Position numbers and translations under genes: made by a program. From the IMG/VR virus record IMGVR_UViG_3300023174_000040, positions 259,268 to 323,267 of that record: a stretch of DNA of 64,000 nucleotides; one strand, given 5' to 3'. This document shows, piece after piece, positions 1-9,349 of the stretch. Numbering within the stretch: position 1 is the stretch's first letter; each line of letters starts with the position of its first letter. The notes under the pieces were generated by a model. That model worked only from the letters and a program-made list of their open reading frames with translations, ran no database searches and was not told where the DNA came from.

Positions 1-2
1 CC

Positions 3-224
3 GGAACTAATTCTAATCAATTTAGAAGTATGCAAGATGTGAATGTCTCTGGCTTTGATGACCAAAAACAAACCTTATTAGCTTCGAGCGATGAGGATCA
101 TAATGCATATATAAGTTATGACTATAGCGAAAATTCATTCATTAAATTCAACGATATAGACTTAACTTTCAAATATATAGGTAATAGACCAAGTGGAAAA
201 CAATGGCTTTCTACCATATATTAA
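3..224 (+). CDS. Partial CDS (5' end outside window), hypothetical, probably structural
   Basis: Frame is open from position 3 to TAA at 222-224; the track's Met at 30 is internal. Confidence 0.6.
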   Translation, partial: GTNSNQFRSMQDVNVSGFDDQKQTLLASSDEDHNAYISYDYSENSFIKFNDIDLTFKYIGNRPSGKQWLSTIY

Positions 225-242
225 TTTATAGGAAAAAATAAA

Positions 243-2582
243 TTGAGTAAACCACCACCAAATATACTGTATCCTAGAAAATATGACTCAGATGAGACTC
301 TTTTTTTAGTTTATAATACATCTGAATCTATACTAATCAAGGACAATCCTCCTTGGTCAGAAACCATAGAAATAAAACCATCTCCTCAAGAGTTATGGGC
401 TAACAATGGATTCGCAAACATAAACGGAGAATTGTTTTATTACAACTCAGTAGAATTAAATTTCAATCCAGAAGTAAATGTATCAAATATTTTACTGAAT
501 TCTTCTGGGGTGTTTGTTAAAGAAAATCACGGATTGATAGATGGTTCTATAGTTAATTTTCAAACAGCAACTAGCTCGTTTTTAGTAGGCACAAATTATT
601 ATGTTGTAGAAGCGACTCAGAATAATTTTAAACTTTCGATCAAAAAGAATGGGTCCGCACTGTCTCCCATAGGCTCATTAAACACCAGCGGAATCGTTCT
701 GGTCGTGGGTAGAGTTTGCAAGTTTAAGGAATGTGTCAGGAACATGGGAGGAAAGCAAACTAAATTAAATTATGCAGGAGCAAAGGTCAGAGGATTTGTA
801 GTGGCAGAACACCACAATCAAATTGTAGATGCAATAATAAGTTTAGAAAACTTTATAGGTTATAATTTTACAGATAATCAATCCACTTTAGATTGGAAAA
901 TAAGAAATTTAAACTCATTGCCCACAATATTTGATGATCATTCTTGCCCAAGCGTCAACTTTACGTTCGATATTATAGATAACAATTTAACCACAGGAAT
1001 AACAGCTCAATATTCTATAACAATAGATAACAGTACGGCAAGTACCAATTTCAGATTAGACTTCGGAGATGGACAATACACCACAACGGAATATCAGGGA
1101 ACACACACTTATTCAATCGGATCTAATTACGATCCCACACTGAGTGTATTTAATAATAATTGCTCACTTACATTGACTCCTACTGAGAGATTAACTCCTC
1201 TAGAGCCGGTGAAGCAGACAATAACAGATGGCTTGGATATACCAGTGCCTCCTCCTCCGCAAATTCCTCCTATACTTATCACTCCATTTCAAGTTGTTCC
1301 AAACAAATATAACATACCTCCAATTGTTTTCCCGTGTTTAGATATAGCTCAGAATACCCCCGGCACCAGTATCCCCAGCAAAATAGAGATAGTACCTCCG
1401 CTGAAGGTTCCATCTTTAATAACCATAACACCAATCAACATACCAGGAAAAATATCAATAACACCAATTAATATACCTGGAAAGGTAGAGATTGTTGTTC
1501 CTACTCCATTTAATATACCAAGTAAAATTGAAATTAGCCCAATTAATATACCGGGAAGAATAAGCATAGATCCAGTTCAAGTGGACATAACATCGAGTGG
1601 AATACCAATACCAAGCACGATAACAATATCTCCTATTAATATACCAAGTCATATAACTGTAGATCCTATATCAATTGATATAAATACAGCCGGAGCGGCT
1701 ATACCTAGTGTGATAAATATAAATCCAATAACTGTAAATGTAGATGTTCAGGACAGCATACCTTCAGTGATAACGGTAAATTCTCCGCTAATATATTTGC
1801 CTGATGTGGTTAACATTAATTACAACGGACCAACTATACCAAGTTCTATAAATATTAATGGAACTTCTTTGCCACCCATAGAAATAGATCCAACTGGTTT
1901 GAACGGAGTCTATATTCCAGTGAGTTGGGGACCGGTGCCAGAACTAAACTGCACCGTTACTGTTCAATGTCCCACAAGTGGCGGCGGATATGGAATGGTA
2001 AAGCCAAATGGCCTAGACGGCATGGATGATAACACAATGGAAATTCAAGTCAGTGACATAGGGATACCGAGTGTCATTAATGTGGTTGCCCCTAAATTCC
2101 CAGACATAAAAATAGACGCATCAGAAATTCCAAGTTCAATAAAAGTTGAAAGAATAGAAGGAATATCGGAAATTAAGATTATTCCTCCTATAATGCCCAT
2201 ACCTTCTGAGATAAAGATAATAAGTGAGGCCAAGATCCCATCTAGCATCCTTTTGGATGCGTCGGAATTACCTAAATCAATTCCAATTGTCAATATGGAT
2301 ATTCCAGAAAGTATAGGATTAAAATTAATTGGGGACTTCCCGTCCGAAATTAAATTGAATGCGGAAGGAATACCTGATACCATTCAGGTCGTAGGAATAC
2401 CTCCGGTAATAGAATTAAAGGGAACAATACCTGATACTATTCAACTTGTAATGCCTGAGAAACCAGAAATAGAAATGGTTTATAAGGGTGCACCAATTGA
2501 TGTTAAAATACAACTTGATATCAGCAAGGTAACTGGCGAAGGTGATAAATTAAATTGCGTCAGCATAGTCCCCTGCAAGTGA
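243..2582 (+). CDS. Large virion/fibre-like protein with a PKD-like domain and ~25 IPSxI repeats
   Basis: LDFGDG...THTY PKD-like motif; repeated IP(S/G)xIxI units; AGGA RBS before a TTG start. Confidence 0.6.
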   Translation: MSKPPPNILYPRKYDSDETLFLVYNTSESILIKDNPPWSETIEIKPSPQELWANNGFANINGELFYYNSVELNFNPEVNVSNILLNSSGVFVKENHGLIDGSIVNFQTATSSFLVGTNYYVVEATQNNFKLSIKKNGSALSPIGSLNTSGIVLVVGRVCKFKECVRNMGGKQTKLNYAGAKVRGFVVAEHHNQIVDAIISLENFIGYNFTDNQSTLDWKIRNLNSLPTIFDDHSCPSVNFTFDIIDNNLTTGITAQYSITIDNSTASTNFRLDFGDGQYTTTEYQGTHTYSIGSNYDPTLSVFNNNCSLTLTPTERLTPLEPVKQTITDGLDIPVPPPPQIPPILITPFQVVPNKYNIPPIVFPCLDIAQNTPGTSIPSKIEIVPPLKVPSLITITPINIPGKISITPINIPGKVEIVVPTPFNIPSKIEISPINIPGRISIDPVQVDITSSGIPIPSTITISPINIPSHITVDPISIDINTAGAAIPSVININPITVNVDVQDSIPSVITVNSPLIYLPDVVNINYNGPTIPSSININGTSLPPIEIDPTGLNGVYIPVSWGPVPELNCTVTVQCPTSGGGYGMVKPNGLDGMDDNTMEIQVSDIGIPSVINVVAPKFPDIKIDASEIPSSIKVERIEGISEIKIIPPIMPIPSEIKIISEAKIPSSILLDASELPKSIPIVNMDIPESIGLKLIGDFPSEIKLNAEGIPDTIQVVGIPPVIELKGTIPDTIQLVMPEKPEIEMVYKGAPIDVKIQLDISKVTGEGDKLNCVSIVPCK

Positions 2583-2585
2583 AAT

Positions 2586-3428
2586 ATGCAAACTAGAACT
2601 AAAAAAATAAAAAACAACGAGTTTATAAAGACTCCAAGTTATAACTTTTGGGTTAGAAACTTTTGTAATTATTCTTGTCCTTACGTTGATATAAATTCCA
2701 CGACATCTGAAAAAGAATACTTTCTTTTTCTTGAGAACGAATTCTACAATAATAAAAACAGATATTCATGGATAGATTCAGAAAATATCTATCACCCAAC
2801 AGTAGCAATAGTATCGGACGGTTATGATTTTGAAAACTCTCATAAAGTCTTAGAAGATCAAAACGTATGCGTGCTTGCAGTAAATGGAACTCTAAAGAAA
2901 TGGAAAAACAATAAATCTCCAAATTATTATGTTGTTAACAATCCATATGATGAATGTTTAAATTATTTGCCAAGAACAAATAGAACTCTCCCCAGATGCA
3001 TAGCTTCAAGCAAGACTAATCATACTTTTTTAGAAAGATACAATGGAATAAAATATAAATACTATGCAGTAAATGAAGAGAGGGTAAACTATAGTGGATC
3101 AAAAGAAAATATGTATCAAATAGATGATTATAGAAATGTAATATGCGCTGCCATTAATCTTGCATATAGATTTCAGTGCAAGAAATTACTGTTGTTATCT
3201 TGTGATGATTCCTTTATTGAAAATAAGCCGGGTAGCGTTAAATTAGAAAGCGGCCTATATTCTTATCCTCAACAAAATTTAATATCAGAAATAATAGATT
3301 GCTGTCTTCACTGGTTAAAGGGTAAAATGGATATAAAATATTATGGGCATTCTAAAAAATTAGATAATGCTGGATACATACAACTTAGTGACGTGAAAGA
3401 ATTTATAACTGATGAAAACACCATTTGA
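2586..3428 (+). CDS. DUF115/MAF (motility-associated factor)-like glycosyltransferase-fold protein
   Basis: VAIVSDG...VLAVN...PNYYV...ICAAINLAYRFQCKKLLLLSCD pattern. Confidence 0.5.
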   Translation: MQTRTKKIKNNEFIKTPSYNFWVRNFCNYSCPYVDINSTTSEKEYFLFLENEFYNNKNRYSWIDSENIYHPTVAIVSDGYDFENSHKVLEDQNVCVLAVNGTLKKWKNNKSPNYYVVNNPYDECLNYLPRTNRTLPRCIASSKTNHTFLERYNGIKYKYYAVNEERVNYSGSKENMYQIDDYRNVICAAINLAYRFQCKKLLLLSCDDSFIENKPGSVKLESGLYSYPQQNLISEIIDCCLHWLKGKMDIKYYGHSKKLDNAGYIQLSDVKEFITDENTI

Positions 3429-3690
3429 CGACAACTTTTCATTTTTGAATGAATTTAATAAGTGGATAAAACAGGACAAAGTTCCCTCTATGCCAAAGCT
3501 CCAAGAAAGAGTCTATCCAAAAAATACAAAAAATCTTGGCACTAAAATAACAATAGACGAGGGAAATCACAAAGAAATAAAAAAAGATTTCATAAGAAGT
3601 GGCGGGACAGTCATAGGTAGTGAGGAAGATCTCCTGAGACTAGAGGTTAACGCAGGAACTTTTTACATAAACAAAAAATACGTTTATTGA
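3412..3690 (+). CDS. Hypothetical protein
   Basis: 92-aa ORF overlapping the upstream gene end. Confidence 0.6.
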   Translation: MKTPFDDNFSFLNEFNKWIKQDKVPSMPKLQERVYPKNTKNLGTKITIDEGNHKEIKKDFIRSGGTVIGSEEDLLRLEVNAGTFYINKKYVY

Positions 3691-4058
3691 ATCGTCCCCT
3701 TCTGGACCATGTTTTTTTGTTTTGGGAAATTGTTTATATTAACAACAACCTGAGGGGTTATAAGTATCATAGGGTTACCATTGACTGGGATATTGGAGTA
3801 TCCTCTGGCTTTTAGATTTAGTTTTATTTCATCAAAAGTTTCGGCAGTCTGGACCCATGGTTCCCAATATATTTTGTTTTGTTCGATGGTATCGGCTATC
3901 TTGCCTTCCCAGCTTGGAGGAAGCCCAAGTATTTTAATACTAGACAAAGCAATTGGATTAATTTCTCTACATAATAATTTGGCTAGTATCTGTACACCTT
4001 TTTTATCTCTCTTTGCCAAATAAAGCCATAAAATTTTAAGATCTTTTTGTTTGTTCAT
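3684..4058 (-). CDS. Hypothetical protein (likely start MNKQK at 4058)
   Basis: Track ORF extends to 4166, overlapping the divergent gene at 4093; ATG at 4058 avoids the overlap. Confidence 0.6.
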   Translation of the reverse strand: MNKQKDLKILWLYLAKRDKKGVQILAKLLCREINPIALSSIKILGLPPSWEGKIADTIEQNKIYWEPWVQTAETFDEIKLNLKARGYSNIPVNGNPMILITPQVVVNINNFPKQKNMVQKGTIQ

Positions 4059-4092
4059 ATAATTTTTTATTTTATTAATATATATAACATAT

Positions 4093-4635
4093 ATGAGTAA
4101 ATTCAAGGTAAAACTAAAGAACGCAGTCCAAGGATTGCTAGATATATATAACGAAGACATAAGCATTCAAAGAAGTATTTATGTTACAGGCCCTCTTGGA
4201 AAGCACAGAGAATTAAAGGATGGTCAAATATTCACAGATTCCAATTACTGGAAAAGATATGCTTATCCACAAGCCAAATTAGAAGATGCGTTCATAGAGG
4301 TGCTAGAGGATGACGGGTCTGTTTATGTTGATAAAACAAATAATAACGCCCCCAGAGTTTACATATTATCAGTAGAGGGAGATTTTGAAAACAATGTAGT
4401 AGACTTGGGTGTTAGTGAATTTGCCGAGTTCGTACAAATATCAAACAGAGGGTCAGATACTGTCAGCGTTAGAATAAATTCATCGAATGATGCAATTTTT
4501 GGACTTTTAGGAAGTGAAACACAAGTCTTTAATACAGGTGATCTAAACATCCAAAAAATAGAATTTTCAAACGATAACCAAGAAACAGTCCCCGTTCAAG
4601 TAATAGCATCGGTGAATGTAGTATCAGGGAGTTAA
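4093..4635 (+). CDS. Hypothetical protein
   Basis: 180-aa ORF with TATATA motif directly upstream. Confidence 0.7.
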   Translation: MSKFKVKLKNAVQGLLDIYNEDISIQRSIYVTGPLGKHRELKDGQIFTDSNYWKRYAYPQAKLEDAFIEVLEDDGSVYVDKTNNNAPRVYILSVEGDFENNVVDLGVSEFAEFVQISNRGSDTVSVRINSSNDAIFGLLGSETQVFNTGDLNIQKIEFSNDNQETVPVQVIASVNVVSGS

Positions 4636-4637
4636 TA

Positions 4638-4868
4638 ATGCCTCAACTCATTAAACCAGGTGATGTAAAAATAATAACAAAGGATGGAGAGGTTAAAATA
4701 TCTATCTCTTTGGATTTGAATATAAATATGGGAGAAATCTCTAGTGGGGTTGGAATATTAAAGAGTAATATTGAAGAAAAAATAAACAAAAAAGAAGAAG
4801 ACAAAGTCCAGTGGGCAATCCCGGATTTTGCACCAACAGAAAAAATTAACTTTGGAAAGGGTGGCTGA
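4638..4868 (+). CDS. Hypothetical protein
   Basis: 76-aa ORF coupled to the upstream stop (TAATAATG). Confidence 0.6.
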   Translation: MPQLIKPGDVKIITKDGEVKISISLDLNINMGEISSGVGILKSNIEEKINKKEEDKVQWAIPDFAPTEKINFGKGG

Positions 4869-5559
4869 TTCAGTGGTTGGGATATATGGAATTAAAAATA
4901 AAATAAACGGAAATATTTATATCGGACAAAGTATAAAAATTGAAAGAAGATGGTCTAAACATAAAACGGAACTAAAGAAAAATAAACATCCAAACCAATA
5001 CCTACTTAATTCATATAACAAATACGGAAAAGATAATTTTGAGTTTTTAATATTAGAAGAATGCGAAAAAGAAAAATTAAATTCCATGGAAGAAAAATGG
5101 ATCAATGTCTTCTCTAGGGAGAAAATATATAATATTAACTTAAATGTAATTGATCTTAATGGAGAGAAAAACCCATTTTTTGGTAAAAAACACAGTATAA
5201 AAACAAAGAAAAAAATGTCAATTTTGAAAAAAAATAATTATAAAGGAGATCTTAATCCAAATTTTGGAAAAAAACAATCAAAAGAATCAAGATTGAAAAT
5301 GACTCTAGGGAGAGCTAAAAGCGGTCTAACAATAGAAAACGTTTTAGAAATAAAACAACTACTGCTATATGGTATAGAACATAAAGTAATAGCAGAAAAA
5401 TTTAAAGTTGGACGAACAGTAATAACTAGAATATCCAACGGTACTAGGTGGACGAATGTTACCGGTGGTCCAGTTGTACCTGTAGTTTATGACACTGATG
5501 GAAGAAGAAGAATTTCTGAGAACCATCGTAAAAACAAAAAAAGAAAAAAGGAGAAATAA
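4861..5559 (+). CDS. Free-standing GIY-YIG homing endonuclease with NUMOD3 repeats and C-terminal HTH
   Basis: GIYGIKNKINGNIYIGQS, RRWSKH, EEKWI, YNI; GEKNPFFGKKHS and GDLNPNFGKKQS; start is GTG 4861 or 4873. Confidence 0.9.
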   Translation: MADSVVGIYGIKNKINGNIYIGQSIKIERRWSKHKTELKKNKHPNQYLLNSYNKYGKDNFEFLILEECEKEKLNSMEEKWINVFSREKIYNINLNVIDLNGEKNPFFGKKHSIKTKKKMSILKKNNYKGDLNPNFGKKQSKESRLKMTLGRAKSGLTIENVLEIKQLLLYGIEHKVIAEKFKVGRTVITRISNGTRWTNVTGGPVVPVVYDTDGRRRISENHRKNKKRKKEK

Positions 5560-5560
5560 A

Positions 5561-6565
5561 ATGGGTATTGGCGCAGATGTTGGAACTTATAATTTAATCA
5601 ATTGCAAAAGGGATGATGCAGGTAATTTTTCTTACAAAAAAGAAGTGAATGCATTCATAGAACTCCCACTAGAGAACCGATTTGTTTTCAATATGATGAA
5701 ACAAGCTGGTGTTCCGTTGATAGAGAGAGCCAATGTAGCCTATGCACTTGGTGAGGCAGCGGTCAACATGGCCTATACCATGAACAGCCTCGAATTAAAA
5801 AGACCGATGGTGGCGGGGTGTGTTAATCCAAAGGAAAAAGATGCTTTTCAAATAATGAGTATTATGATTCATAGTCTAATAGGAGAGGTTTCACAAGATA
5901 AAGAATTACTTTATTACAGTGTTCCTGCGAACGCAATCAATGAAGAGACTGACGCCGATTATCACGGCAAAATCTTAGAAGCCATATTCAAGTCATATAG
6001 ATCAGAGAAGGGCTTCTCAGTCGATCCTAGGCCCATTAATGAGGCATTGGCTATAATATATGCTGAACTGGCTCATAAATCATATACGGGCATAGCAGCA
6101 TCTTTTGGCGGTGGTATGGTAAATGTTTGTTATGCAATGTTTGGCAATCCAATATTTAGCTTCTCGATAGTGAATAGTGGTGACTGGATTGATAAGATGG
6201 CCGGGAAAGCCGTTGGTGAAAGTCCAACTTTTATTAATAAAGAAAAAACAAAAATAGACTTAACAAAACCAGCCACTACTCTTGTTGAGAGAGCAATACA
6301 AACCCAGTACAGATTAATGATAGAACACACTGTAACTGAGATCAAAAAAGGTTTCGCTAATGTTCAGAAAAACGTAAGAACAGAAGACGAAGTAGACTTT
6401 GTCGTTGCCGGTGGAACTGCCACTCCAAACGGATTCAAAGAAATGCTTGGAGAGTGCTTGAAACAAGCAGAAATACCAGTTAAAATAGGACAGATCATTA
6501 AACCAGAAGATAATTTATATTCTGTTGCGAAGGGTTGCTTGTTAGCGGCAGAAAACGCAAAATGA
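5561..6565 (+). CDS. Actin-fold ATPase (ParM/MreB/MamK superfamily)
   Basis: Phosphate-1 GADVGT, connect-1 INEALA, phosphate-2 SFGGGMVNV, adenosine VAGGTA, C-terminal VAKGCLLAA; AAGGAG RBS before ATG 5561. Confidence 0.8.
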   Translation: MGIGADVGTYNLINCKRDDAGNFSYKKEVNAFIELPLENRFVFNMMKQAGVPLIERANVAYALGEAAVNMAYTMNSLELKRPMVAGCVNPKEKDAFQIMSIMIHSLIGEVSQDKELLYYSVPANAINEETDADYHGKILEAIFKSYRSEKGFSVDPRPINEALAIIYAELAHKSYTGIAASFGGGMVNVCYAMFGNPIFSFSIVNSGDWIDKMAGKAVGESPTFINKEKTKIDLTKPATTLVERAIQTQYRLMIEHTVTEIKKGFANVQKNVRTEDEVDFVVAGGTATPNGFKEMLGECLKQAEIPVKIGQIIKPEDNLYSVAKGCLLAAENAK

Positions 6566-6594
6566 TTCATCCGCCATGTGTGGAAGGAAATCTT

Positions 6595-6626
6595 TCATCG
6601 TCCGCAAGGGCGATGATTGCATTTTT
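6595..6626 (+). terminator. Probable intrinsic terminator after the actin-like gene
   Basis: TCATCGTCC-GCAA-GGGCGATGA stem-loop followed by TTGCATTTTT. Confidence 0.6.
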
Positions 6627-6672
6627 AGGCATAAAAAGCACAAAATAAATTTCTTTATAACTATATTATTAC

Positions 6673-7122
6673 ATGGAAAAAAATAAAAGTGTTAGCGACC
6701 TAGGCTCAGCAGCCTATATATTAATGCACAACTATCGTGTTGTTGGGCGCAAAGGCAAAGAAATAATCTTCGAAGTAGAGAATGAAGAGAAATTCGACGA
6801 GCTTTGTTTGGATTATCTTTCTAGCGAATTCCATAGATTTGATAGCTGCATAATGTCGCTCAAAAAGATAAAAGAATATAATTTTGATTCTAGAAATACC
6901 AGATTTGCAACAGATCTGGGTGTTGCTGCTTATATTCTAATGCACAAGTATAAAGTTCTTGGAAAACGTGGAAAATCAATATACTTTGAAGTAGAAAATG
7001 AAGAAGTCAATAGTAAATTTCAAGGTTTGGCCCTAGAGTATCTTTCTAGCGATTTCCACCGATTTGATAGTTGCCTCATGTCTTTAAAGAAAATCGGGGA
7101 ATATATTTCCGAGTCTAATTAA
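6673..7122 (+). CDS. Protein with two tandem copies of a DUF5659-like domain
   Basis: SDLGSAAYILMH...EFHRFDSCIMSLKKI and TDLGVAAYILMH...DFHRFDSCLMSLKKI. Confidence 0.65.
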   Translation: MEKNKSVSDLGSAAYILMHNYRVVGRKGKEIIFEVENEEKFDELCLDYLSSEFHRFDSCIMSLKKIKEYNFDSRNTRFATDLGVAAYILMHKYKVLGKRGKSIYFEVENEEVNSKFQGLALEYLSSDFHRFDSCLMSLKKIGEYISESN

Positions 7123-7135
7123 TATATAAGTTATT

Positions 7136-7879
7136 ATGATAACTGATATTGAAAAGAAAAAATTAGAATTATCCCTTAAAATAGATGAACTAATAAAAGA
7201 ACTCAAAAATAAATTCTTGACATCGGCATCGCCTGTAGCATCAGGCCCCGATGGAAAGATGGGTGTATGGGACCACGTTAAGAATTGGTGGAATAAATTT
7301 AGATATGGTAAATTTGGCAACCTAGCCCAGGTTGAACAGGACCCAGAGGCAAAAAAAGACACAGCAAAGGCTGGGGATGAGCCAAAATCAGAGTGTTATC
7401 AATTTTCTTTTCAAGAATATAGAGCTATTAAAGATAGTTGTGATATCTTAGAGACAATTATAGAAAAAAATCAAGATAGTCTAAATGAGGAAGAGTCGGA
7501 AAATCTCAAGAATCTAAGATTATTCAGAATAATAGATGATTGGGGAAAGAAATTTAAACAAGTAATATTAGATTTGGTTTATTCTGCTGAGTCGACTCCG
7601 GTAGCTCCGGTTGAGGGAGAAGGTGTTAGAAAATCTGAGCCTACGGTGGGCCCATCGGATCCAAAAGAAAAAGAAAAGTCAACAGCATTGGCCCCAGAAG
7701 TTAAGCCCAAGGAGAAAAAGCAAAGAAAACCAAGAGTAAAGAAGTCTAAGGTAAAAGAAAAAGCAGACACTGCGGACTCAACCACAGAAGAAAAAGTTGA
7801 CTCTCCCGAGGCAGTTAAAAAAGCACTAGCTAAATTAAAATCAGAAAATCCAGATCTTGATTTTGATTGGCGTTCGTAG
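7136..7879 (+). CDS. Hypothetical protein with Lys/Glu/Pro-rich C-terminus
   Basis: 247-aa ORF; AATATATAAG motif just upstream. Confidence 0.7.
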   Translation: MITDIEKKKLELSLKIDELIKELKNKFLTSASPVASGPDGKMGVWDHVKNWWNKFRYGKFGNLAQVEQDPEAKKDTAKAGDEPKSECYQFSFQEYRAIKDSCDILETIIEKNQDSLNEEESENLKNLRLFRIIDDWGKKFKQVILDLVYSAESTPVAPVEGEGVRKSEPTVGPSDPKEKEKSTALAPEVKPKEKKQRKPRVKKSKVKEKADTADSTTEEKVDSPEAVKKALAKLKSENPDLDFDWRS

Positions 7880-7888
7880 CCGGTCTAA

Positions 7889-8260
7889 TTACCCCTGTGG
7901 CTTTAAAAGCATATTTAAATTATTAATATCTATATTATCTCCGTTGTTGAAGACTATGTTTTTATCAACTGGCTTTTCAGATTTATTATTATTGAATTCA
8001 CTTATTATTTCCTGATGCTCAGGATTATCTGGGTCTAGTTGCTGCTCTTCGCAGATCCCAACAATATTACTAAAAAAGAAAAAGTTTTTACAACCTGTTA
8101 TTGGGTGCAAGGTTTCTATTCCATCAATATGAACCGATTGACATATGCCAGTAAAATAATCATTGAATTGATTTTCTGTAAACTTCCTTCCTATATGAAC
8201 AGTGAATACAGTTATTGGCTTACCTATAAAATACCTAAATTTTTCCAAGTCCATAATCAA
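7889..8260 (-). CDS. Hypothetical protein (possible Sm-like fold)
   Basis: 123-aa ORF directly downstream of the primase. Confidence 0.6.
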   Translation of the reverse strand: MIMDLEKFRYFIGKPITVFTVHIGRKFTENQFNDYFTGICQSVHIDGIETLHPITGCKNFFFFSNIVGICEEQQLDPDNPEHQEIISEFNNNKSEKPVDKNIVFNNGDNIDINNLNMLLKPQG

Positions 8261-8265
8261 TTCCT

Positions 8266-9324
8266 TTATATTGTTTTGATCTTAAAATAGTCTCCGCCCG
8301 TCCCGAATGGTGCCTGGAAATCTAAATTTTTCCTAGAGGCCAAAATATAATTTTTAAGTATCCTTGGCCCCTCTTTAACATACATTTCATTCCAGTCTTT
8401 ATACAGCTTATGCGGGCTGACAAACATCAGTCTTTGGTCGGATCCATTTGTTTGCATATTCTGGCTAGCCATCATACTCATTGATGTACTGCCCTGGAGA
8501 CCCGCTTTATCATTATCTAAGCAGATTACAATTTTATAGTCTTTTATCAAAGACATTTGTTTTTCGCTAAGGTTTTTTCCACCACATGCAATTGAGTTTA
8601 ACCCAGAGTGGAAAATACTCAAAGCATCAAACTCTCCCTCACACACATAGACGAAATTATCTTTATCGGGCCAACTTCCACCGGCCATAAATAAAACATC
8701 ACCTTTACCAATACCTATACTCTTATCTGGCCCCAGGTATCTGAGGCTAGACTTACCAATATGTCTAGCATTAAAATAGAATAAGTCTCCATCTCTATCA
8801 TAGTAAGGAATAACTATTCTAGCTTTATATGGTGCGGTTCTGCAGATGTATAGGCCATCAGGGGGTATCTTTCTTTTCTCTAGATACTCAACGGCTAAAT
8901 TTCTCCAAAAATTATTTTTTGGCAAACTATTTATTAAGCTACTTCCCTCTGGGAGGGATATTGTCTTTTTTTCTTGAACTTTACTAGGAGATTCCTTGTC
9001 ATCATCCAAATTATCAAAGAAGTCGTAAAGTTTATCCTCCAGCTCTCTTATACTGCTTCTGCCATTTAATGTGAGATAAGCATCTTCATAAGAACACTTA
9101 TCTACTATCTTTATTAATTTTACCAGGCTCCCCTTCTTATCGGTTTTGAAACAATGGAATACCCCATTCTTTCTTTTAGTTTTACCGCCAGAGGGAGAGC
9201 ACCACAAATGGTGCTTTGAATCTTCTGCGAAAACAGAATTAACTCTGATCTCAGATCCGTGAACAACTATATCGCCCAGTGCTTTTTCAGCCCACTTCTT
9301 AAAGTTATCAAAAATATCACTCAT
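8266..9324 (-). CDS. dnaG: DNA primase (DnaG/T4 gp61-like)
   Basis: N-terminal zinc-binding-like region (HLWC...FHCF); RIVIPYY; TOPRIM VCEGEFDALS and CLDNDKAG. Confidence 0.9.
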   Translation of the reverse strand: MSDIFDNFKKWAEKALGDIVVHGSEIRVNSVFAEDSKHHLWCSPSGGKTKRKNGVFHCFKTDKKGSLVKLIKIVDKCSYEDAYLTLNGRSSIRELEDKLYDFFDNLDDDKESPSKVQEKKTISLPEGSSLINSLPKNNFWRNLAVEYLEKRKIPPDGLYICRTAPYKARIVIPYYDRDGDLFYFNARHIGKSSLRYLGPDKSIGIGKGDVLFMAGGSWPDKDNFVYVCEGEFDALSIFHSGLNSIACGGKNLSEKQMSLIKDYKIVICLDNDKAGLQGSTSMSMMASQNMQTNGSDQRLMFVSPHKLYKDWNEMYVKEGPRILKNYILASRKNLDFQAPFGTGGDYFKIKTI

Positions 9325-9349
9325 GTTTAGACTATACTATAATATATTT

